Below, one piece after another: positions 56,019 through 63,207 of a stretch of 64,000 bases of DNA (position 1 is the first letter of the stretch; each line of letters starts with the position of its first letter). The stretch is from an uncultured bacterium (GTDB taxonomy: Bacteria; Eisenbacteria; RBG-16-71-46; CAIMUX01; WJJG01): contig CAZPGB010000032.1 of the NCBI GenBank assembly GCA_964585945.1, positions 3,980 to 67,979 of the forward strand. The letters are read 5' to 3'. A program made the translations under genes and the position numbers. The notes under the pieces were generated by a model, which saw only the letters and a program-made list of their open reading frames with translations, made no database searches and was not told where the DNA came from.

Positions 56019-56044
56019 CAATATATAGATCTTCTATAGTATTG
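56019..56044. promoter_or_regulatory. Imperfect palindrome in a divergent AT-rich spacer
   Basis: CAATATATAGA-tct-TCTATAgTATTG (11/12-nt arms) lies between the divergently transcribed transglutaminase-like and patatin genes. Confidence 0.25.
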
Positions 56045-56196
56045 TCAAGAGCGAGCCAGGGACATGAATCCAGCATGGGCAGGCGACGCCGATCCCATTA
56101 TGATTGCGATGGTTACGCATTGATTCTGGCAAGACGGGTCGCGCGGATCCATTCGGCGGCGGGGCACGCTGGATCGCGGACAGGGAGATGGCGACC

Positions 56197-57039
56197 ATGC
56201 GGGTGGGCCTGGCACTGGGCGGTGGCGGCGTGCGCGGTCTGGCGCACGTGCTGGCTCTGGAGACGATGGATGCCTGTGGCATCAGGCCGACCCATCTCGC
56301 GGGCACGAGCATGGGGGCCATCATCGGGGCGCTGTATGCCTCGGGCCGATCGGGGCAGGCGATTCGCGAGATGGTCGCGCAGCACATCGTCAGCCGGGGC
56401 GACAGTCTCAGGGAGAAGCTTCGCAAGAAGGCCGATCTCGTCCGGTGGCTCAGCACCTTGCGCCCGGCCTGGGGACGGAAGGGGCTTCTCAGCGCCGACC
56501 ACTTCCTGCACTACCTGCTCGAAGAGATCCGCGTGAGCGCGTTCGAGGAGCTGCAGATTCCCATGAAGGTCGTGGCCACCGACTTCTACCGCGGCGAACC
56601 GGTGGTCTTTGGCAGCGGCGACCTGTTGACCGCGATCCGCGCCAGCATGACGCTGCCCGGCATCTTCGTTCCGGTGGAGCACGACGGAAAGGTCCTCGTC
56701 GACGGCGGGGTCGTCAACAATCTGCCCCATGATCTGCTGCCGGACGATTGTGACGTCACGATCGCGGTCGACGTCGCGCCCACCCGGGAGCCGGGCGAGA
56801 CCGATCCGCCGAACGTGATCGAGGCCATTCTGGGCATGTTCGACATCCTGGTGGAGCGGGCGACGGAGGAGAGACTGCGCGCGCATCGGCCGACGATCTA
56901 CATCCGGCCCAGATTGATCGACATCCCCACGCTCGATTTCGAGAAGATCGAAGAGGTTTGGGAGCAGTCGCGTCCGGCGATGGAGACGCTCAGGAAGGAG
57001 CTGGGGACGATCTCGTCCCGGGGCGCTGGCGTTGACTGA
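56197..57039 (+). CDS. Patatin-like phospholipase
   Basis: Oxyanion GGGGVRG, nucleophile elbow GTSMG, and the catalytic Asp context LVDGGVVNN. ATG at 56197 lies 9 nt after GGGAG; an alternative ATG is at 56188. Confidence 0.85.
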   Translation: MRVGLALGGGGVRGLAHVLALETMDACGIRPTHLAGTSMGAIIGALYASGRSGQAIREMVAQHIVSRGDSLREKLRKKADLVRWLSTLRPAWGRKGLLSADHFLHYLLEEIRVSAFEELQIPMKVVATDFYRGEPVVFGSGDLLTAIRASMTLPGIFVPVEHDGKVLVDGGVVNNLPHDLLPDDCDVTIAVDVAPTREPGETDPPNVIEAILGMFDILVERATEERLRAHRPTIYIRPRLIDIPTLDFEKIEEVWEQSRPAMETLRKELGTISSRGAGVD

Positions 57040-57066
57040 GGTGGGGCCGCGGCCGTGGGCCGTGAG

Positions 57067-57126
57067 ACCTGGAGATCGGGAACCTGGAGATCGGGAACCT
57101 GGAGACCGGGAACGCGGTCCGGATCG
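57067..57126. repeat. 15-bp tandem repeat, about 4 copies (acctggagatcggga)
   Basis: There are three near-perfect units (57067-57111) and one degenerate unit. They lie in the 93-bp spacer between the convergent patatin and sulfatase-like genes. Confidence 0.8.
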
Positions 57127-57132
57127 CGGCGG

Positions 57133-59520
57133 CTACTTGATGTACCCCAGGTCCTTCAGATTGCGAAGCTGATCCTTGTCCACGGCGATTCCGTCCGGGC
57201 TCATGCCGTCGGGCCCCATGCCATCCGGAGTCATGCCATCCGGGCTCATGCCGTCGGGCCCCATGCCGTCCGGCCCCATCACGTCGGGGCTCATCTGTAC
57301 GGGGTTCTTCTCCAGGATGCGAATCAGCCCCCGTTGACGCAGCCAGGAAGTCAGCAGGGGGTCCGTGTCATGGATCGAATTTCGCTCGCCGGGATCGGCG
57401 GACAGGTCGTAGAGGTGGCTTTGCGAGGCACTGAAGATGTACTTGCGCTCGTCGGTGCGATAACCGAAGTGGGGCCCCTGGTCATCCGCCGCCACGGTGA
57501 AATACCAGCGGTCCTCCCACGCGACGTCTTCGCCCGTCACGAGGGGCCACAGACTGCGACCCTCGAACCGGTTGCCGGCGCACGGCAGATCGAACAGTTC
57601 CACGAGGGTCGGCGTCAGGTCGACGAGCCCCACGTGCCGCGAGACCACGCCACGCGGGAGCGAAGGATGGATGAACATCAGGGGCACGCGGATCATCTCG
57701 TCGAAGACGGTCGATACGTGCTTGAACTTCCCGTGTTCGAGAAACGCCTCGCCGTGGTCACCGGTGACGATGATCAGCGTATCATCCAACAAGCCGTGTC
57801 TCGTCAACGCATCGTAGACCTCTCCGAAGAGCGCATCCGCGTAGCGTGCGTTTTCTTTGTACTGGCCGAAGACCTCCTGCACCTCGGGATGACCGGCATC
57901 GGCGAACCCGTACTGGTATAGCCAGGTCAGGCGGGAGGGAAACTGCCCCAGCCGCGAGGAGCTGTCGCCGGTCAGGAAGCCCCTGTATTCCGCGGGCGGG
58001 TTGTAGGGCACATGGGGAGGGAGATAGTGCACGTAGAGCGCGACCGGTCCAGTGCCCTGGGCCATCTCCGCGATAGCCGTCATGACCGGCTGCTGATCCA
58101 TGGTGGATGTTCTTGGCGAGGTGTCGCCTTCGGCCACGTTGGGCCAGATGAAATGCTCTTCGCCGAAAGAGATGGTGAGCCCGAAGCTCGCCTTGAGGTA
58201 GTCGTTCCCGGCGATGTTGATGGTGCGATAACCGGCGGAATCGAAAGCCGCTGCCAGGTCGAAGCCCGCCTCCCGAATGACGGGTGAGGGACCGCCGCTG
58301 AGCGGATGCTCGGGACGCAGCTTGTTCGAATAGGGGTTCTCACCGGTGAAGTATGAATAGACGCTCGTCGGCGTGTAGGAAGCCGCCGCCGTTACGTTGT
58401 CGAACACCAGCGCCTGGTCGGCCAGCCGATTGAGGTTGGGGGTCAGATCCTGGCGATCGCCGCCGGATGCAAGCATGTCGCTGCGCAGTGCGTCGAGGAC
58501 GACGAACACCAGATGTTTGAATTCGGGTTGGGGACGATCGGTGTATGTGTACTGCGGTTGGCGTTCGAGACCGTTCAAGCGGAGCGTGCTCCAGGCGCAT
58601 TCTCCGCCGGTCACGGTCAAACGGAGCTGTCCGATCTCGTCCTTGTCGACCGGAAGGGTGAAGCGGTCGCGGAACTCGCCGCGAACGGTTGTGATCTCTT
58701 TCCAAGCAGGAGCGCTTTCGGTGCGGAACTCGAGCATCACCGGGTTCTGCTCTCCGGCCGTGGATCCGGCGATCTCGAGATTCGCGCCGCGCACCAGCTT
58801 GAACGTGTACTCCATGAGGCTCGGGCCACGTTGTCGCAGAAGGCCTTCCGGGAGGGAGTGAGCACAGACGGGTCCCTGCACGCCGGGGTCGTCGGGATTC
58901 TCGGCCTCCACGAGCCGGATGCTCCCGAAGTAGGCGGCGACGCGCGGGAAGACGGTGTTGCTGACGACCGGGGTTGGGAAGTCCGGGTTGGGGCGGACCG
59001 CTCGGAATGCGAACCGTACTCGGTTCTCACCCGGGGTGAGCAACGCCGGCGGCAGCTCCAGGGCGACGACGACGAGCGGCTGGGTCTCTGCGTCCAGCGT
59101 CCACGTCGTCAGGAGATGCTCGCCGATGTAGGCCGAAACCTCCTGTGACTCAGGGGCTTTCTGCGGACCGCGCAGGGAGAGATCGAACGCCAGACGCTTG
59201 GGCGACACATTCACGACGGTGAAGGCGAGCACGGCCTCCTGGGCAATGGCGGGCATCCACTGCCTGCGGTCATGGAAGACCGGATCGGCCCATCCGGATG
59301 GGAAGCGCAGCGCCCGCTCGCTGCCCTGCAGGGCGAAGGTGCGGGTCTCGGGTGATCTCGCCGCCGTTTGATAGACGGCGATCAGGTCGATCGTCTCGAG
59401 GTCGGCCGGCGTGGGCTCCGATGCGCAAGAAGCCAGCACGAGGAGCGCCATCAGGGGCCAGGCTCCCGTGCGGGACCGGCCGGCGACTTTCCGTGCGAGA
59501 ATCGACGGAACGAGATGCAT
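57133..59520 (-). CDS. Alkaline-phosphatase-superfamily (sulfatase-like) lipoprotein with a C-terminal pentapeptide repeat
   Basis: LVFVVLDALRSDML, AAASYTPTSVYSYFTG at the nucleophile position, IVTGDHGEAFLEHGKFKH, IRVPLMFIHP. Lipobox-like LMALLVLASCAS follows the start MHLVPS (ATG at 59518-59520). The tail is (PDGMx)x7...LRNLKDLGYIK. Confidence 0.8.
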   Translation of the reverse strand: MHLVPSILARKVAGRSRTGAWPLMALLVLASCASEPTPADLETIDLIAVYQTAARSPETRTFALQGSERALRFPSGWADPVFHDRRQWMPAIAQEAVLAFTVVNVSPKRLAFDLSLRGPQKAPESQEVSAYIGEHLLTTWTLDAETQPLVVVALELPPALLTPGENRVRFAFRAVRPNPDFPTPVVSNTVFPRVAAYFGSIRLVEAENPDDPGVQGPVCAHSLPEGLLRQRGPSLMEYTFKLVRGANLEIAGSTAGEQNPVMLEFRTESAPAWKEITTVRGEFRDRFTLPVDKDEIGQLRLTVTGGECAWSTLRLNGLERQPQYTYTDRPQPEFKHLVFVVLDALRSDMLASGGDRQDLTPNLNRLADQALVFDNVTAAASYTPTSVYSYFTGENPYSNKLRPEHPLSGGPSPVIREAGFDLAAAFDSAGYRTINIAGNDYLKASFGLTISFGEEHFIWPNVAEGDTSPRTSTMDQQPVMTAIAEMAQGTGPVALYVHYLPPHVPYNPPAEYRGFLTGDSSSRLGQFPSRLTWLYQYGFADAGHPEVQEVFGQYKENARYADALFGEVYDALTRHGLLDDTLIIVTGDHGEAFLEHGKFKHVSTVFDEMIRVPLMFIHPSLPRGVVSRHVGLVDLTPTLVELFDLPCAGNRFEGRSLWPLVTGEDVAWEDRWYFTVAADDQGPHFGYRTDERKYIFSASQSHLYDLSADPGERNSIHDTDPLLTSWLRQRGLIRILEKNPVQMSPDVMGPDGMGPDGMSPDGMTPDGMGPDGMSPDGIAVDKDQLRNLKDLGYIK
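57191..57295 (-). repeat. Seven 15-bp tandem repeats inside the coding sequence, encoding (P/S)DGM(G/S/T)
   Basis: The units are ccgtccgggctcatg / ccgtcgggccccatg / ccatccggagtcatg and similar. They translate as MSPDVMGPDGMGPDGMSPDGMTPDGMGPDGMSPDG. Confidence 0.85.
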
Positions 59521-59577
59521 GATCCAGTTGTCCTCATGTGCGCCCTGGCGGCATGAGCGAACCTGCTCCGGGCGAAG

Positions 59578-59709
59578 CCGGAGCGCCATCCGGGCCAGGC
59601 CGGAGCACCCGGGTTGCCGAAGCGCCACCCGGGCCAGGCCGGAGCACCCGGGTTGCCGGAGCGCCATCCGGGCCAGGCCGGAGCACCCGGGTTGCCGGAG
59701 CGCCATCCG
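59578..59709. repeat. 39-bp tandem repeat, 3.4 copies
   Basis: The unit is ccggagcgccatccgggccaggccggagcacccgggttg at 59578, 59617 (2 mismatches), 59656 and a partial copy at 59695. Each unit contains two related ~19-nt halves (ccggagcNcc..ccggg). The array lies in the divergent spacer between the sulfatase-like and TPM genes. Confidence 0.85.
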
Positions 59710-60033
59710 CAAGCCGGCTCGTTCGTTATCAGATCCATGAGACTAGCATACAGGCGGGGCAACCCACAGGACATTCGGGGTGAGGCGACCGGCGCGTCGA
59801 CACCCGAGTCGATCCGAAGCCCCTTGGCGCATGCTCCTCGCGCAGGCTGGACGGGAACATGGAGGGGATTCCGCGCGTGGACTCTCAGGGGGCGAGTCGA
59901 TATGCTTGCTCGACCACCGCCCACTTGCCCAAAGGAGCGCGCGATGTCGCTGGGATGGAAAGGTCCTGACACAACCGGCACGGGCGGGCCCCCGCCCCGC
60001 GGGCTGCGCCGGGCCGCGCATGGGAGAGCGCTC

Positions 60034-60834
60034 ATGACAGCGCTGCTGTCAGTGCTGGGCGTCGCGGTCCTGCTTCCCGCCGGCGCCCCGGTTCGGGCGC
60101 AGATCCAGGCCGAGACATTCGTGCTGGGGGATCTGCGGATCCCGCCCCCCACCGGGTATGTGAACGACTTCGCGGATGCCTTCACCCGCGCGCAGCGGAG
60201 CGAGCTCGAGCAGATCTGTCGCGCCATCGACCGACAGACGGGCGCGCAGATCGCCGTGGCCCTCGTGCCCGGGATGCAAGGGGAAGTGCCCGCGGATGTC
60301 AAGACGCGCCTGTACGAGACCTGGGGCGTCGGGCGCAAGGGGGAGGACCGCGGTCTGCTGATCCTGCACGCCCTCGAGGAGCGGCGCATCGAGGTCGAGG
60401 TGGGCTACGGTCTCGAGCCCATCCTCAACGATGCGCGCGTGGGCCGCATCCTCGACCAGTACATGGTGCCGGCCCTACGCGACGACCGGTTCTTCGAAGC
60501 CTACCGGGCGGGCTTGCGTGCATTCGGCGAGGTCATCGCGACCGATCCGGACGCGCGCCCCGGATCCGACGCCTATCGAACTCGCTCGGGCTCCGGCGGA
60601 CGCACTCGCGCGCCCAGATCCGGCGACGGGGGGTTCCCCTGGGGAGCGCTGCTCCTGGCGCCGGTCTTCCTGTACCTCCTGATCCGGCACCCGCGCCTGC
60701 TTTTCTTCATGATGCTGATGGGCATGGGTGGTGGACGCCGGGGCGGCGGCATCGGCGGCGGCGGTTTCGGCGGCGGGTTCGGAGGATTCGGCGGAGGCAT
60801 GAGCGGCGGTGGGGGCGCCGGGAGATCGTACTAG
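60034..60834 (+). CDS. TPM-domain (YgcG-like) membrane protein with a Gly-rich tail
   Basis: GGGAGAG lies before the ATG at 60034, followed by the signal MTALLSVLGVAVLLPAGAPVRA. TPM core GYVNDFADAFTRAQRSELEQICRAIDRQTGAQIAVALV...GLLILHALEERRIEVEVGYGLE. TM LLLAPVFLYLLI. Tail GGGFGGGFGGFGGGMSGGGG. Confidence 0.8.
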   Translation: MTALLSVLGVAVLLPAGAPVRAQIQAETFVLGDLRIPPPTGYVNDFADAFTRAQRSELEQICRAIDRQTGAQIAVALVPGMQGEVPADVKTRLYETWGVGRKGEDRGLLILHALEERRIEVEVGYGLEPILNDARVGRILDQYMVPALRDDRFFEAYRAGLRAFGEVIATDPDARPGSDAYRTRSGSGGRTRAPRSGDGGFPWGALLLAPVFLYLLIRHPRLLFFMMLMGMGGGRRGGGIGGGGFGGGFGGFGGGMSGGGGAGRSY

Positions 60835-60889
60835 CGCTCACGGACCGGCGACCCTCCCGGCAGACAGACGGATGAATTGAGAGAGGAGT

Positions 60890-61636
60890 GTGAACACGGT
60901 GGCGAAGAGTCCCGAGGAGATCTGCTCCGAGTTCGTAGGCGAGATGAAGGATTGCTGGGGTTCGGATCTGGTGTCGGTCGTGCTCTACGGCAGTGCGGCC
61001 CGCCAGGATTACGTGCCGGGACGCTCGGGGATCGATTTCCTGGTCCTCGTGCGCGACATCGATCCGCGCAAGCTGCTCGGGCTGCAGTCGCGCGTGAAGC
61101 GCTGGCGCAAGGAGCGCATCTCGCTGCCGGTCCTGATGCGGCCCGAGATGATCCAAACGGCGCTCGACTCCTATCCGCTGGAGTTCCTGACCATGCAGGC
61201 AGGGTACCGGGTGCTGTTTGGCGATGATCCTCTGGCCAGGTTGGAGATCGAGCGCGAGGCCGTGCGCTTGCAGTGCGAGCGCGAGCTGCGCGGAAAGCTG
61301 CTCCACCTGCGCGCCGGGGTGATCGACTGCGAGGGGAAGCGGGACCGCATGGCCGATCTGGTGCGCGCCACGCTGCCGGCGATGAGCGCGATCCTGCAGG
61401 GGTTGCTCTACCTGGCGCGCCGCTCGCATGCCCTCACAGGGATCGAGCTGCAGGATGCCGCGCGCGACGCGTTCGATCTGGACACGGGACTGTTTCACGA
61501 TCTCTATCGTCTCAAGCTGGAGAAGAAGCCGCCCGCGCAGGATGCGCTGGAGCAGCTTCTCATGCGCTACCTGCGCGAGCTGGAGCGCCTGGTGGAGTGG
61601 GCCGATGCTGGAGGCATCAAGGAGGCACAAGCATGA
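60890..61636 (+). CDS. Nucleotidyltransferase-fold protein with a helical C-terminal domain
   Basis: GAGAGGAG lies before the GTG at 60890. NTase core VVLYGSAARQDYVPGRSGIDFLVLV, followed by a ~150-aa helical domain. Its stop overlaps the lemA start (ATGA). Confidence 0.7.
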   Translation: MNTVAKSPEEICSEFVGEMKDCWGSDLVSVVLYGSAARQDYVPGRSGIDFLVLVRDIDPRKLLGLQSRVKRWRKERISLPVLMRPEMIQTALDSYPLEFLTMQAGYRVLFGDDPLARLEIEREAVRLQCERELRGKLLHLRAGVIDCEGKRDRMADLVRATLPAMSAILQGLLYLARRSHALTGIELQDAARDAFDLDTGLFHDLYRLKLEKKPPAQDALEQLLMRYLRELERLVEWADAGGIKEAQA

Positions 61637-62223
61637 GGAAGTCGACCCTGATCGGTTTCGTGATCTTGGCGCTGATCGTGGTCATCGCCATCGGCGTGTT
61701 GTCGACCATCATTGGAACGCGCAACCGGATGGTGATGCTCGAGGAAGACGTCCGCGCTCAGTGGGCCCAGGTGGAGAATGCGCTTCAGCGCCGCAACGAT
61801 CTGATTCCGAACCTGGTGGAAACGGTCAAGGGCTTCGCGAGTCAGGAGCGCGAGGTGTTCGTGCAGGTGACCGAGGCGCGCGCCAAGGTCGGCGGGGCGA
61901 ACACGATCCCGGAGAAGATGGAGGCCAGCAACCAGCTCTCCGCCGCGCTCGGCCGTCTGCTGCTCGTGCAGGAGCGCTATCCGGAGCTCAAGTCCAATCA
62001 GAACTTCATGGCCCTCCAGGATGAACTGGCCGGCACCGAGAACCGGATCGCGCAGGAGCGGCGTCGCTACAACGAGCAGGTGGCGGCCTACAACAAGGCC
62101 ATTCGGGTCTTCCCCGGCAACCTGGTGGCCGGCTTCTTCGGCTTCGAGCGCGCCGAGCTGTTCGAGGCGCCACCCGAGGCCCAGGCCGTGCCGCGCGTCA
62201 ACTTCACCGACGACACCGATTGA
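61633..62223 (+). CDS. lemA: LemA family protein
   Basis: An N-terminal TM followed by characteristic LemA sequence (RNRMVMLEEDVRAQWAQVENALQRRNDLIPNLVETVKGFASQEREVF...YPELKSNQNF..LQDELAGTENRIAQERRRYN..V..YN). GGAGG lies upstream. Confidence 0.9.
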   Translation: MRKSTLIGFVILALIVVIAIGVLSTIIGTRNRMVMLEEDVRAQWAQVENALQRRNDLIPNLVETVKGFASQEREVFVQVTEARAKVGGANTIPEKMEASNQLSAALGRLLLVQERYPELKSNQNFMALQDELAGTENRIAQERRRYNEQVAAYNKAIRVFPGNLVAGFFGFERAELFEAPPEAQAVPRVNFTDDTD

Positions 62224-62233
62224 CGGGGGGCCG

Positions 62234-63094
62234 ATGCGCGCGGCCGATCGCGAGGATGGCGCCGGGGGGGGGTCCGCGGGCTCGGGCCGTGAGGGGTTGC
62301 ACCGATCCGACGGGGCCGGGGAGATTGTGTTATCCGCGCGGGATATCGCGGCCGGATACGAACGGTACGAGGTGTTTCGGGGCGTTTCACTCGATCTTCC
62401 CGGCGGCAGCCTGACGGCGCTGGTCGGGCCCAACGGGAGCGGTAAGACGACGCTCCTGCACTGCGCGTGTGGCCTCCATCCCCTTTCGGCAGGGGAAGTT
62501 ACCCTGGAAGGTATCCCCCTGGGGCAGCGATCTCGGAGAGACATTGCGCGCCGCTTGGCGCTGGTGGCCCAGTTCGCCGAGGTGGACGTCAACCTGACCG
62601 TGGAGGAGACGGTCGCACTGGGTCGCTATCCGCATATCGGCCCTATCGGCGCGTTCTCCGAGTCGGATAACGCCGCGGTCCAGCGGGCCCTCGCGGAGAT
62701 GGACTTGGAGGGCCTGCGAAGCCGGCCCCTGCAGACGCTGAGCGGGGGCGAGCGCCAGCGGGTGCATCTGGCGCGCGCCTTGGCGCAGCAGACGCGCATC
62801 CTCCTGCTCGATGAGCCGGTCGCCAGCCTGGACCTGCACTACCAGCAGGACACCTATGGGCGGCTGCGCGAGCTGGCCCACCGGCGCGGCCTGGCGGTCC
62901 TGGTCGCCGACCATCATCTCAACTTGGTGGCCGCCACCTGTGATCGGGTTCTCGTGTTGCACCAGGGGGGGATCGTGGCCAGTGGATCGCCGCGAGAGAT
63001 CATCACCGAGGAGATGATCGGGCGCGTCTTCGGGGCGCGGATGGTCGTGCAGCCTGACGAGGAGGGACGGCCCCAGTGCCAGTGGGTGTTCTAG
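62234..63094 (+). CDS. ABC transporter ATP-binding protein (FepC/BtuD iron-siderophore/cobalamin type)
   Basis: Walker A GPNGSGKTT, signature LSGGERQR, Walker B ILLLDEP, H-loop ADHHL. Confidence 0.9.
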   Translation: MRAADREDGAGGGSAGSGREGLHRSDGAGEIVLSARDIAAGYERYEVFRGVSLDLPGGSLTALVGPNGSGKTTLLHCACGLHPLSAGEVTLEGIPLGQRSRRDIARRLALVAQFAEVDVNLTVEETVALGRYPHIGPIGAFSESDNAAVQRALAEMDLEGLRSRPLQTLSGGERQRVHLARALAQQTRILLLDEPVASLDLHYQQDTYGRLRELAHRRGLAVLVADHHLNLVAATCDRVLVLHQGGIVASGSPREIITEEMIGRVFGARMVVQPDEEGRPQCQWVF

Positions 63095-63207
63095 GATGGG
63101 CCGGATGGCGGCGCGTGGTCGCTTTCGAGGCGCGCGGCGGGCGGCGGGCACGGGAGACGCGCCGTGCACGGGCGAGGCGCAGTGCATCGTGCCGGCGGCG
63201 CGTGGTC

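Noticed and set aside
57067-57132. Stop-codon readthrough of the sulfatase-like gene into (SRSPG)x3
   Set aside because: Any 15-bp repeat yields a pentapeptide repeat in every frame. There is no recoding signal, and the frame then runs antisense into the patatin gene. I kept it only as a remark in the repeat finding.
59578-59709. Possible CRISPR array
   Set aside because: The 39-bp units are directly adjacent with no spacers, there are only 3.4 copies, and no cas genes lie in the window. It is a plain tandem repeat.
59521-59712. N-terminal extension MRMALRQPGCSGLAR x3 of the sulfatase-like protein
   Set aside because: A lipoprotein-type signal (LMALLVLASCAS) follows the internal ATG at 59518-59520. 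The extension is simply the translation of the 39-bp repeat and would place about 64 aa before the signal peptide.
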